Source of the DNA: Candidatus Moraniibacteriota bacterium
Lineage (GTDB): Bacteria; Patescibacteriota; Minisyncoccia; Moranbacterales; UBA9337
Direction: 5' to 3'
Length of the DNA stretch: 64,000 nucleotides
NCBI GenBank assembly: GCA_029865125.1
Contig: JAOUHN010000002.1
Location: 713 to 64,712, forward strand
The position numbers were made by a program, and so were the translations under genes. Of the stretch, positions 18,634-28,513 are shown piece after piece (positions within the stretch are counted from its first letter, which is position 1; each line of letters opens with the position of its first letter). The notes beneath the pieces were generated by a model. That model was not told where the DNA came from. It saw nothing but the letters and a program-made list of their open reading frames with translations, and did no database searches.

Positions 18634-19176
18634 TTATCTTTTTAGGCAAAATAGCAAGAAAAGAAAGCTAAATCCCGCTAATCCTAGTAATAGCACCAAT
18701 GTGACATATATCACTAGGCCCTTTTCATGTTCGGGCTGAAATATTAGAGTTTTCTTTTCAATGTCGAGTCTTGGATTTCCAAATGCCACACTTCCTGACA
18801 AAAATCCTTGTTTGAGGAAAATTTTCTTAGGATAGGCGAATCTTTCTGTGAATCCCCGGACATTTTCGCTGCATAAAGCAGTGTAGATAACCTGATATTC
18901 TCTAGAGCAATCGCAAGTATCGATCGTGACGTAATCACAGCTTTTTGAGTTAATAAGGGATTTAAAAAGCTGATTGTCGTTGTAGTTAATGTCCGCTTTT
19001 CTCAGACTAACCTTGTCAGAATATTGAGGCGGAACAAAGACATCAAATGAAATGTTTTGAAATTCTTGTTTTACAAGGTTTTTTTCATTATTGATGTATG
19101 CGAAGGTCGCAAAAAAAGAACATATAGAACATATTAGGCAAATTGCAATTATGACTATTTTAGTAGATTTCTTCAT
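18634..19176 (-). CDS. bitopic membrane protein, paralog of 17202-17735
   Basis: Start moved to ATG 19176 (MKKSTKIVIIAICLI..., AGGGAGAG RBS). C-terminal GNPRLDIEKKTLIFQPE + TM + LKR tail. Confidence 0.5.
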   Translation of the reverse strand: MKKSTKIVIIAICLICSICSFFATFAYINNEKNLVKQEFQNISFDVFVPPQYSDKVSLRKADINYNDNQLFKSLINSKSCDYVTIDTCDCSREYQVIYTALCSENVRGFTERFAYPKKIFLKQGFLSGSVAFGNPRLDIEKKTLIFQPEHEKGLVIYVTLVLLLGLAGFSFLFLLFCLKR

Positions 19177-19521
19177 GGCGCTCTCCCTGTTGGATATTGA
19201 GTTGTAAAATTTACTTTCTGACTTTATTGTCAGATAGGATAGTATCGCATAAAACCGGTTATTTTGCAAGAAGAAAAAGGATATTCTTTGCATCATGTTC
19301 CATGTTTTAAGTTATATGTTCCATGCTATGTGTTCCATGCAATGCGTCCTATGCTTAGAGCTTTTGACTTTAAGGACTTTCATCTTTTGACTCAGGTATT
19401 GACATATTTTTTTTTGTCATGTATAATACCAATACCTATGGTGTAGGTACTGTGATGAACAAAAACACAGCACCCTATTTAATGTTAATAAGCAGAAATA
19501 AGAGTTAACTAGTTCAGTCGT

Positions 19522-19748
19522 GTTTGTCATTCCGAAAAGTGTAATTTCTTGGACGATCCGCCAGCAGGCGGAAAAAAATAGTTTATCCGGCCTGTCTCGT
19601 AGCCAAGGCGGAAATCCATCCTTCATTGATTGCAGTGAATAACAACGGGTTGAAGTTATATTAAGAATGGATCCCGGATAAACTATTTCTCTAAAACTCA
19701 TTCTTCGTTTTGAGAAATATGTTTTCCGGGATGACAAAAAAATAGTCT
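19522..19748. mobile_element. long variant of the palindromic MITE (TIR GTCATYCCGRAAA), ~230 bp
   Basis: gtcattccgaaaag...ttttccgggatgacaaa with internal inverted ccggataaactattt repeats; a solo right end is at 24705-24730. Confidence 0.65.
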
Positions 19749-19785
19749 GTTTTATAAGTAATAATTTTTTAACTTTAAAAATAAT

Positions 19786-20061
19786 ATGAGTCAAAAACAA
19801 TCAGTTGATAAACAAAAGGTTTTAATTGCTCTCAAAAAAGCAAGAACCAGCTTGGACAAGATCATTGAAATGCTTGAGGGAGACAAGAAGTGTTTTGATG
19901 TAATTCAACAAAATTTGGCCGTGATCGGGCTTTTGAAGTCTGCAAATCTCAGCATTCTGGAGAAACATTTGAATGAGTGTGATGCTCTTCAATCAAGCAA
20001 GAAAAGCAAAGATTTAGTGAGGGACATTTTGAAGGTGGTGAACACTGCACAAAGTAAATAG
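19786..20061 (+). CDS. CsoR/RcnR-family metal-sensing transcriptional repressor
   Basis: 91 aa, helical, conserved Cys/His positions (CFDVIQQ ... HLNEC) typical of DUF156. Confidence 0.65.
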   Translation: MSQKQSVDKQKVLIALKKARTSLDKIIEMLEGDKKCFDVIQQNLAVIGLLKSANLSILEKHLNECDALQSSKKSKDLVRDILKVVNTAQSK

Positions 20062-20105
20062 ACGTGCGTAGGAATATTAAATTTAATTAATTCTCACGTA
20101 AGCAT

Positions 20106-20190
20106 GTCATTCTGAACTTGATTCAGAATCCCGAGATAATGTTGAGTGCGCGCGGATATAGGGGGATCCTGAAACAAGTTCAGGATGACA
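20106..20190. mobile_element. MITE family A copy between regulator and efflux genes
   Basis: gtcattctgaacttgattcagaatcccgag...gggggatcctgaaacaagttcaggatgaca. Confidence 0.8.
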
Positions 20191-20233
20191 CAATATCGCA
20201 CGATGGTTAATTTAACTATAAATTTATCAATTT

Positions 20234-21397
20234 ATGAATAAGAAAATAATTTTTTTGGTAGGGATAGTTTTGATTGGGGGATACTTCTCTTCCCAGGTTT
20301 TTGGTGATGAGAAAAAAGAAGAGACAGTTTTCAAAAATGTGCGTGTTTCAAAAATTGAAAACAAGGATGTTTTGAGTACAAGAGATTTTTCCGGAGTTGT
20401 GAAAGCTGAGAATGAAACCATGATTTCTCCAAAGATTTCTGGCTATGTGCTGGAAATGAAGAAAAAAGAAGGAGATTTTGTCAGAAAAGGAGAAGTTTTA
20501 GCTGTCATTGATGGTGATGATGTGCTTCTTCAAAACAATGTGGCTTTTCAAAATGTGAATGCTACTCAGAAAGTTTTGAAGGAAGCAGATGATTATTACA
20601 GTCAATTGGTTTCTGAAACCAGAGCAGCCGTGGCCGTTTCTAAAAAAGAATATTTGTCAGTGAAAAATGATAGCTCTGCAAGTGACAGTGAAATTGCAAT
20701 TGCCAAAAAGGGATATGAGCAAGCTCAAGAGTCTTTGGATAGTGCAAAAAAAGCGAAGGATTTGCAACTTGAATCAGCCAAGGCTAATTTGACTGCAGTT
20801 ATGGGTCAAGCAAGTATTTTTCAAAATCAAGCTCAAAAAACAAGTGTAGTTGCGCCGTATTCCGGAGTGATCACAAGAAAAATGGCAAACATTGGAGACA
20901 TGGTTTCTCCTTCAAGAGCGGTGTATGAAATTGCAGTCAATGAGAAAAAGGAAGTGGAGATTTTTGTTCCAGCTCTTTTGGCGAGAAATTTACAAGTTGG
21001 ACAAGCAGTGAGTTTGGTAGCTGAAAGTCAAAGTGAAAAAGTGGAAGGAAAAATCGTTGCAATTAGCCCTTCTGCTGATAGGCTTTCAAGAAAAGCATCT
21101 GTGAGAATTTCTGTTGAAAATGATTTGATTCTTGGAGAATTTGTTGTAGTGAGTTTGCCTTCTGGTGACGCTTTGAATGCAATTGTTGTTGAAAAGAAAG
21201 CAGTTGTGAGTGAATATTATGACAAATTTGTTTTTGTTCTTGAAGATGGAGTTGTTCGAAAAAAGAAAGTTGAATTAGGTCAAGAAAGTGGCGAATTTGT
21301 AGAGGTTTTGAGCGGCGCTAATGAAAGTGATGAAGTTGTCACCGAAGGTCAGTTCTATTTGAGAGACAGAGACTTGGTGAAAGTTATTACAAACTAG
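20234..21397 (+). CDS. efflux RND transporter periplasmic adaptor (membrane fusion protein)
   Basis: Signal anchor, biotinyl/lipoyl-like ISGYVLEMKKKEGDFVRKGEVLAVID, coiled-coil hairpin, beta-barrel C-terminus. Confidence 0.85.
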   Translation: MNKKIIFLVGIVLIGGYFSSQVFGDEKKEETVFKNVRVSKIENKDVLSTRDFSGVVKAENETMISPKISGYVLEMKKKEGDFVRKGEVLAVIDGDDVLLQNNVAFQNVNATQKVLKEADDYYSQLVSETRAAVAVSKKEYLSVKNDSSASDSEIAIAKKGYEQAQESLDSAKKAKDLQLESAKANLTAVMGQASIFQNQAQKTSVVAPYSGVITRKMANIGDMVSPSRAVYEIAVNEKKEVEIFVPALLARNLQVGQAVSLVAESQSEKVEGKIVAISPSADRLSRKASVRISVENDLILGEFVVVSLPSGDALNAIVVEKKAVVSEYYDKFVFVLEDGVVRKKKVELGQESGEFVEVLSGANESDEVVTEGQFYLRDRDLVKVITN

Positions 21398-21426
21398 ATG
21401 AAATTATTATTTAATACAAGCAAGTT

Positions 21427-24400
21427 ATGAATATAGAAAATAAATTAGGCTTAGCTGGAAAATTAGCAAAAATTTTTATTATCAATAAAGAATTGAGTGT
21501 GATTACGATTGTTGCTCTTTTTGCTTGGGGAATTTTCAGTTTTGTGATTATGCCAAAGCAATACAATCCAGAAATTGTTGCGCCAGCTTTCAATATTGTC
21601 ACTGAATTTCCAGGGGCAAGCAGTAGTGAGGTATATGAGCTCATCACACGTCCAATGGAAGACAAGATTCGTGAACTTCCGAAAGTAGACAAAATCATGT
21701 CTCAGTCTAAAAACGGAGGGGCAAGTATTGTGACCGTGCAATATTTTATTGGAGAAAATTTGGAAGATGCGAAGACGGAAATTTCCAAAAAAATTGAAGG
21801 AAATATGGATCTGAAACCGTTGGGTGCAAATGACCCAATCATCAAATCAATTGATCCGGATGATGTTCCTATTATCACAATTGGAATTACTTCTGAAAGT
21901 CTCTCGATGGAATCTTTGCGAGCGCTAGCTTTTGATGTCAAAGATGAATTGAAACTCGTTCAAGGAATCTCTCGAGTGGATGTGAAAGGAGGACTCAAAA
22001 AAGAACTGAAAGTTTCTCTAGATGAATCAAAAATGTCTTTCTATGGAATTTCTGTTTCTAGTGTTTTGAATGGAATTAGTGCGAATAATTTAAGTTTTCG
22101 AGGCGGTGAAATTGACGGAAATAAACTTAATCAAGAAATTGAGGTTGCTGGAGATATTGCAGGTGAAGAGGATCTCAAAAAAATTGTTGTTGGAAACCTA
22201 GAAGGAAAAATAATTTATCTTGAAGATGTTGCGAATATTGATTATGGAACGGAAAGAATTGACAGTTTTGTTCGTTTTTCTGAAAAAGAAAAGGATTCAA
22301 AAAACGCTGTGTATGTTGCTGTTTCAAAAATCAAAGGAACAAATGCGACACGAGTTTCTGGAGATATCGAAAATAAGATCAGTGAATTGCAAAACAGCAA
22401 AAGAATTTCATCTGAAGTTTCATTTGAAATTCTTCGAAATGATGGAAGAGTTGCTGGAGAAGAGGTTAAAAAACTTACTTCCAATCTGTTTGCTTCCGTA
22501 GCCATCGTTTCCTTTGTGTTGTTCTTGTTTTTGGGATGGAGAAGTGCGCTTGTTGTTGCCATTGCAATTCCTCTTACTCTCGCAGCTGTTTTTGGAGTGG
22601 GAAGTTTAGCAGGGCAAACAGTAAACAGAATCACTTTGTTTGCGCTCATTTTGTCACTGGGACTTTTGGTGGATAGTGCAACGGTAGTTGTTGAAAATAT
22701 TTTCAGAATGATTGCAAAAGACAAAAAAAGAAATCATGAAGAAATTGCGATTTTGGCAGTAGACGAAGTTGGAAATGGACTTATTATGTCAACTCTCACA
22801 ACCGTTTTGGCTTTCTATCCCATGGCGTTTGTGACAGGAATGATGGGGCCATACATGGGACCAATTCCATTTTTTGTTCCAGCAGCACTCATTGCTTCAA
22901 CTTTGATTGCGTTTACGATTAATCCTTTTTTGGCTAGTGTTTTGGCGAGCAGAAAAAAAATATCTGAAGAAAAAAAGAATAATTTTTTCTTGAATTTTTC
23001 TGAAACACTAAAAAAGAAATATAGAAAAGTATTGGAAAATATTTTGGATAATCAAAAACTTAGAAAAAAGATTTTAATTCTTACTATAATTCTTTTTGTA
23101 ATTTCAATGATGCTTCCTGCTGTGGGAATTGTGAAATTTCGAATGCTTCCGAAGGCTGACAAAGAGCAGTTTTATGTGTATCTAGATTTGCCTGAAAACA
23201 TTTCAGTGGAAGAAACCGACAAGATTTCAAGAGAGGTTGAATCAATCATTTTTGAAGAAAATGAAGTGAAAAGCATTCAGAGTTTTGTGGGCGAGTCTCA
23301 GGTAGTTGATTTCAATGGACTTTTCAAGGGAAGTGATTCTAGAATTGGAGAAAATCAAGCAACTCTCAGAGTGAATTTGACTCATCCAGAAAACAGAAAC
23401 ACAAATTCAGAGAAATTAGTGATTGAATTGAGAAAAAAACTTGTTCGAGAAACACAGAAATATCCTGACCTCAGAATCAAGTTGGTTGAAGATCCTCCAG
23501 GGCCTCCTGTGCTTTCAACTTTCCTGATCAAAATTCAAGGAAATGATGAAGCTGTTCTCAAAAATATTGCGCTAGACATTGAAAATATGGCGTTTGAAAT
23601 TGATGAAGTTGTTGACGTGGATAGCACTCTCAATGAAAAAGGTTTGAGTTATGTTTATGAAATTAACAAAGAAAAAGCTAACTTATCCGGAGTTTCTTCA
23701 GCAGAAATAATCCAAACTCTTCAAGCAGTTTTTTCTGAAATTCCTGTCGGATTGTATCATGAAAATGAAAATGATGAGGTTCGAAAAGCAGAGAGAGAAT
23801 TTATTGTGGTGAGTTTTGGGGACGAGGACAGAGATGAAAAGAAAGATCTTGATAAGATTTTTGTTGTAAGCAGAAGCTCCGAAAAAATTCCTCTATCTGA
23901 ATTGCTTGTTAAAAAAGATTTTCAAAATTCCGGAACAATTTTTTCTGATCAGAGAAAGAGAACGGTGTATGTTTCTGCTGAAATGGGAGAGCGAAGTGTG
24001 ACATATGGTGCAATTGATGGACTCAAAAAATTAGTTCAATATCGTTTGCCAAATGGAAAAGGAGAGCTGGTCTCATGGTCTTTGTTTGGAGCGACTTATC
24101 GCGATGAAGAGACAGGAGAAACTTTTGATATTTTGATTGATGGAGAATGGAAGTTAACCCTGGAAGTTTTCAGGGATCTGGGTCTTGCCATGGCTGTAGC
24201 CGTGTTTCTCATTTATTTCGTGCTGGTTGCACAATTCAAGTCAGCAACAATTCCTTTGTTGGTGATGGGAACAATTCCTCTTGCAATGATTGGAGTTCTT
24301 CCTGGATTTGCGATTCTTGGATGGGTTAATGGAATGTATTTCAATGCTACATCAATGATTGGAGTGATTGCACTTGCTGGAATTGTTGTGAACAATGCAA

Positions 24401-24672
24401 TCATCCTTTTGGAATATATTGGAGATTTGAAAAAAGAGAACAAAGGAATTCGCGAAGCACTTCTAGACGCGGGACAGACAAGATTCATGCCGATTATGCT
24501 TACTTCCGCAACCACTATTTTGGGATCACTCACGATTATTAGTGACCCGGTTTGGGCGGGACTTGCTTGGGCAATTGCATTGGGACTTTCACTGTCATCA
24601 TTTCTGACGCTGATTATTTTTCCGATACTATATTTCATGTTTGAAGAGAAAAATTGGGAAGGTGAGAAGTGA
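21427..24672 (+). CDS. RND efflux transporter permease (AcrB/CzcA-like)
   Basis: 1081 aa, 12-TM with two large periplasmic loops. Confidence 0.9.
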   Translation: MNIENKLGLAGKLAKIFIINKELSVITIVALFAWGIFSFVIMPKQYNPEIVAPAFNIVTEFPGASSSEVYELITRPMEDKIRELPKVDKIMSQSKNGGASIVTVQYFIGENLEDAKTEISKKIEGNMDLKPLGANDPIIKSIDPDDVPIITIGITSESLSMESLRALAFDVKDELKLVQGISRVDVKGGLKKELKVSLDESKMSFYGISVSSVLNGISANNLSFRGGEIDGNKLNQEIEVAGDIAGEEDLKKIVVGNLEGKIIYLEDVANIDYGTERIDSFVRFSEKEKDSKNAVYVAVSKIKGTNATRVSGDIENKISELQNSKRISSEVSFEILRNDGRVAGEEVKKLTSNLFASVAIVSFVLFLFLGWRSALVVAIAIPLTLAAVFGVGSLAGQTVNRITLFALILSLGLLVDSATVVVENIFRMIAKDKKRNHEEIAILAVDEVGNGLIMSTLTTVLAFYPMAFVTGMMGPYMGPIPFFVPAALIASTLIAFTINPFLASVLASRKKISEEKKNNFFLNFSETLKKKYRKVLENILDNQKLRKKILILTIILFVISMMLPAVGIVKFRMLPKADKEQFYVYLDLPENISVEETDKISREVESIIFEENEVKSIQSFVGESQVVDFNGLFKGSDSRIGENQATLRVNLTHPENRNTNSEKLVIELRKKLVRETQKYPDLRIKLVEDPPGPPVLSTFLIKIQGNDEAVLKNIALDIENMAFEIDEVVDVDSTLNEKGLSYVYEINKEKANLSGVSSAEIIQTLQAVFSEIPVGLYHENENDEVRKAEREFIVVSFGDEDRDEKKDLDKIFVVSRSSEKIPLSELLVKKDFQNSGTIFSDQRKRTVYVSAEMGERSVTYGAIDGLKKLVQYRLPNGKGELVSWSLFGATYRDEETGETFDILIDGEWKLTLEVFRDLGLAMAVAVFLIYFVLVAQFKSATIPLLVMGTIPLAMIGVLPGFAILGWVNGMYFNATSMIGVIALAGIVVNNAIILLEYIGDLKKENKGIREALLDAGQTRFMPIMLTSATTILGSLTIISDPVWAGLAWAIALGLSLSSFLTLIIFPILYFMFEEKNWEGEK

Positions 24673-24761
24673 GATTTGAGAGATGTGAATTGAGAAAATA
24701 CCCTTTTATGTTTTCCGGGATGACATTGTTAGCGTAAGAAATAATAATTAACTAAAATACT

Positions 24762-24977
24762 ATGTACAAATTAGACACAACAAAATGGACAGTTGAAAGA
24801 ATCATGTTTTTGATTGCGGGAATTTTTATTTTCGGATCACTCGTGCTTTCAATGATTGCAGTTCACGGATTTTTCTATTTCGCAATGTTTGTGGGAGCAA
24901 TGCTCATCATTTTTTCACTGACAGGATTTTGTCCAATGGCGATTATGGTAGACAAGATAAAGTCACGGAACATGTAG
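24762..24977 (+). CDS. DUF2892 (YgaP-like) small membrane protein
   Basis: Two TM helices and C-terminal TGFCPMAIMV (CP motif). Confidence 0.5.
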   Translation: MYKLDTTKWTVERIMFLIAGIFIFGSLVLSMIAVHGFFYFAMFVGAMLIIFSLTGFCPMAIMVDKIKSRNM

Positions 24978-25198
24978 CACGAAACATGGAACAAAAATCC
25001 AAAAGGTGCATCCCCCAGCCAAAATTAACGGCTCACACTGGTAGTGTGAGCCGTTGAAAATTATCATGATTAATGTTTTTTGAGTGAAAGAGTCTTGATA
25101 AATTTGAAATTATCGTCTAGGCTTAGTCTAAGTTTTAATTGTTCTTTTTTACTGTGATTTAATAAATATATTTCATATTCAACCTAGGGAGAGATGGT

Positions 25199-26023
25199 AT
25201 GAATTCAATGGCACTTGAATTATATTTGAAAGAAATTCAATTTGATTTATTGGACTATGAGAGAGAAAGAGAGCTACTAGTTAGAAAAAGTCAGGGGGAT
25301 GAAAAAGCTTTCAATATTCTTTTTAATCATCACTTGCAATTAGTTGTCAGTATTGCTAGAAAGTTTGAGTCGTTTGCTAGAGAAAATGGTGGCATGGATT
25401 TCGAAGACTTAATTCAAGCCGGAAACATAAGCTTGATAACAGCCATTAGAAGGTTTGATGTTGATCAAAGAACCAACACACTAGCTGCCTATGCTGCTTG
25501 GTGGATTCGGGATGGTATACTGAGTGAAATTGCTGATCAGAGTAGCACAATCAGGATTCCCAAACATCTTTATTGGGATGCTCGAAAAATTTCTAAGGAA
25601 ATGGGTGATGAAGAAGAATATGAAGCTCATGAGATTGCCGATTTCTTAGGGATTACAGAGGGAGCAGCAGAGCGTGCTCTAAAGTTTCTGAATAATGATT
25701 ATGCAATTGTGTCGTTGGATACGCCGGTTGCTAATGGAGAATCTTTTTTGGGTGATCTCATAGAAGGTAATTATGCTTCACCGGAGGAAGTGATTGAACT
25801 AAAAAACTTAGATGAGACCCTTTGTAAAGCACTTAAGCGTGTTGTAGCAAGAAGCAGGAAGCCCAAAAGGGATTTTGATATCTTTGTGATGCGGACAACA
25901 AAGGATAGAACTTTTCAAGATATTGCGAATGAAGTTGGGATGACCCATGAAAGAATCCGACAAATCCAAGATAAGATCATAGAAGACATCCAGGATGACC
26001 TGAGGCTTCAGGGAGCACTGTGA
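25199..26023 (+). CDS. RNA polymerase sigma-70 family factor (regions 1.2, 2, 3, 4)
   Basis: ELYLKEIQ (region 1.2), DLIQAGNISLITAIRRFD ... AAYAAWWIRDGI (region 2), FQDIANEVGMTHERIRQIQDKII (region 4 HTH). Confidence 0.85.
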   Translation: MNSMALELYLKEIQFDLLDYERERELLVRKSQGDEKAFNILFNHHLQLVVSIARKFESFARENGGMDFEDLIQAGNISLITAIRRFDVDQRTNTLAAYAAWWIRDGILSEIADQSSTIRIPKHLYWDARKISKEMGDEEEYEAHEIADFLGITEGAAERALKFLNNDYAIVSLDTPVANGESFLGDLIEGNYASPEEVIELKNLDETLCKALKRVVARSRKPKRDFDIFVMRTTKDRTFQDIANEVGMTHERIRQIQDKIIEDIQDDLRLQGAL

Positions 26024-26037
26024 TAATTGCAGGCGTG

Positions 26038-26074
26038 GTTCGCCTTCCAATCTGGTGGGAGGCGAACTTTTTTA
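26038..26074 (+). terminator. intrinsic terminator after sigma factor
   Basis: gttcgcct-tccaatctggtggg-aggcgaac-tttttt. Confidence 0.8.
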
Positions 26075-26140
26075 TTGCATAAATTTGGCTGTTGCATTAA
26101 AAATGCTATATACTAAATACAAAACACTAAACACAAAATA

Positions 26141-26710
26141 ATGATTGCAAAATTGACTGGGAAAATTGAATATGTCAAAAACAACTATGTTGTGATTGAT
26201 GTTAATGGTGTTGGGTATAAAGTGCATGTTACTGATTTTACTTTTGGTAGTATTGCTGGCAAAGAAGATGTGAGTGTCTTTGTGTATACCTACGTTAGAG
26301 AAGATACACTAGCGTTGTATGGATTTTTGGAATTGGCGGAAAAAGAAATGTTTGAACTTTTGATTTCAATTTCAGGAATTGGTCCAAAGGCGGCGCTTGG
26401 AATTCTTTCAATTGCGCCTCCAAAGACAATCAAAGCGGCAATTTTGAACGAAGATTCTTCAATTTTGACAAGAGTTTCAGGTGTTGGAAAAAAGACTGCA
26501 GAAAGAGTGATTCGCGAGCTTCAAGGAAAGGTGGATGGGTTAGACATTGAAGACACTGAAAAACTCATTGCCGACAGTGACGCTGTGGATGCACTGGTTT
26601 CAATGGGATATTCTGTCACAGAGGCGCGAGAAGCGCTCAAAAACGTTTCTCCTGACATTTCGGATGTTGGAGAGAGAGTGAAAGCGGCACTTAGGAATGT
26701 AGGAAGTTAG
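26141..26710 (+). CDS. ruvA: Holliday junction branch migration protein RuvA
   Basis: MIAKLTGKIEY...VNGVGYKVHV; HhH pairs; C-terminal domain. Confidence 0.9.
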   Translation: MIAKLTGKIEYVKNNYVVIDVNGVGYKVHVTDFTFGSIAGKEDVSVFVYTYVREDTLALYGFLELAEKEMFELLISISGIGPKAALGILSIAPPKTIKAAILNEDSSILTRVSGVGKKTAERVIRELQGKVDGLDIEDTEKLIADSDAVDALVSMGYSVTEAREALKNVSPDISDVGERVKAALRNVGS

Positions 26711-26834
26711 GGGTAGCATTAAATTAACATTGAGCTGCTAGATGGTCTAATGAGATTTTGAATAAAGCAAAATCAAAACTCAAAAATCAAAATGCAAAAC
26801 CACAACTCAAAAATCAAAAATGATTTAAAATTAA

Positions 26835-27176
26835 GATGCTATAATTTTTTCAATAAGAATCATAAGGTTTGCAGAAGATTTCCCGCAAAAAAGAATATTT
26901 TGGATTATCACTGATCAACTGCTGAGGTCGACAACTTCCGTTGGGGCAAACACAATAGAAGCAAAAGCTGCTAGTTCAAAAAGAGATTTTATTAAATTTT
27001 TTGAAATAGCATTAAAATCAGCCAATGAAGCAAAATATTGGCTAGGGATTCTAAGGGACAGTACTGATTTTGGAGAAAAAAATAAAGTTAAAATAAATAA
27101 TTATTTAAAAGAATTAGAAGAAATATCTAAAATGCTTGGAGCAAGTCTCCTCACTCTAAAAAACAAAAGAAAATAA
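26835..27176 (+). pseudogene. start-less remnant of a second four-helix-bundle (IVS-protein family) gene
   Basis: Open frame with no start codon: ...FPQKRIFWIITDQLLRSTTSVGANTIEAKAASSKRDFIKFFEIALKSANEAKYWLGIL...ISKMLGASLLTLKNKRK. The N-terminus is replaced by the TCAAAA repeat array at 26760-26830. Confidence 0.45.
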
Positions 27177-27289
27177 GTTTTAAGTTTTTTTATTGTGATT
27201 TTGAGTTTTGAGATTTGAATTTTGAGTTAAAAAATTGTAAAAATAAACTTAGATATAATAAGAATAAAATTTATAATAAAATTTCGTGT

Positions 27290-28360
27290 ATGTTAGAAAA
27301 GTCTACACAATTTATTCAAAATAATTCTCCGGACGGAGGGTTTTTGCAGTCGGATGAATGGAAAGATTTCCAGGAGAGTACTGGAAAAAAATCTTTTCAT
27401 GTCTCTTTGGATTGCTTTTGGGCGAATGCTTTTTTACATGAGCTTCCTTTGGTTGGGAAATATCTATATGTTCCGAGAGGACCTGTTTTGAATGTTTCTT
27501 TCGGGTCATGTTGTGAGTGCGGTCAAAAAGGAATTTTGGAGCTTTTGAGAATTGCCAAAAAAGAAAATTGTGGTTGGATTCGAATAGACATTGCAAGTGA
27601 AAAAGAATTGAGATTTTTGAAAAAAATCAAAGGTTTGAAAATCAAAAAAGCTCCGCATGATGTGCAGCCAAAACAGATTTTTGTGATTGACATTGATGGG
27701 AGTGAAGAGGAGATTTTGTCTGAAATGAAGCCAAAAACGAGATACAATATTCGTTTGGCACAGAAAAAAGGAGTTGAAATTGAAAGCGTGGACCGCAACT
27801 CGGATAAGTTGGAGGAATTTTTGAGTGAATTTTTGAGACTGACTGATGTGATGGCTAAGAGAAGTGGAATTACAACTCACTCAAAGGAATATTACAAAAA
27901 AATGTTGAAAAATATTTCAGAAAACAATCTGAGATTGTACACAGGAAAATTTGAAGGAAAAATTATTTCAGCAGCGCTTATTTCTTTTTATGGGAACACC
28001 GCGACATATCTTCATGGAGGGAGTGATGATGAGGCAAGAAATGTGATGGCGCCATTTCTTCTTCACTGGCAAGCCATTTTGGATGCAAAAGAAAAAGGTT
28101 ACAAAAGATATGATTTTGGAGGAGTGAAAACTTCAGTTGATGAAAGCGGAAAGGTGAAAATACAGAAGTCACCCTGGGAAGGAATTTCCAGATTTAAACT
28201 TGGTTTTTCAAAAAACAAAAAACCCTTGAATTTTTCAGGGAGTTATGATATAGTGGTCGGAAGTCATAAATATGGCTTGTATAGGTTCCTCCAGAGAACG
28301 AAGGAACTTTTTGTTTTCCTGGAGCTTGTTCAAAATCTCCGTATTCTACTGCGAAAATAA
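27290..28360 (+). CDS. FemAB-family peptidoglycan interpeptide-bridge aminoacyltransferase
   Basis: KYLYVPRGPV ... ISFYGNTATYLHGGS FemABX-like motifs. Start set to ATG 27290 (the ORF-track start is a TTG inside a repeat). The last ~13 codons and the stop lie inside MITE-B copy 28322-28481. Confidence 0.7.
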   Translation: MLEKSTQFIQNNSPDGGFLQSDEWKDFQESTGKKSFHVSLDCFWANAFLHELPLVGKYLYVPRGPVLNVSFGSCCECGQKGILELLRIAKKENCGWIRIDIASEKELRFLKKIKGLKIKKAPHDVQPKQIFVIDIDGSEEEILSEMKPKTRYNIRLAQKKGVEIESVDRNSDKLEEFLSEFLRLTDVMAKRSGITTHSKEYYKKMLKNISENNLRLYTGKFEGKIISAALISFYGNTATYLHGGSDDEARNVMAPFLLHWQAILDAKEKGYKRYDFGGVKTSVDESGKVKIQKSPWEGISRFKLGFSKNKKPLNFSGSYDIVVGSHKYGLYRFLQRTKELFVFLELVQNLRILLRK

Positions 28361-28481
28361 AATTTCGGCTGCAAAATACATAAAGTTCGTTGGATTATCT
28401 CTAATAGTCCTGCCTCAATTTCTGTATTTTTCGCCAGAAATTTTAATTTCTCGTTACGAAAGAGAGATTATGAACAAGCTC
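28322..28481. mobile_element. MITE family B copy
   Basis: gagcttgttcaaaatctccgtattctactgcgaaaataaa...gagagattatgaacaagctc. Confidence 0.8.
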
Positions 28482-28513
28482 TTTAAAAAAGTAGTGACGA
28501 ATCATCAAAGGAG

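Noticed and set aside
19417-19800. 127-aa minus-strand ORF
   Set aside because: Lies across the 230-bp palindromic MITE variant and the CsoR-like gene start. No coding signal.
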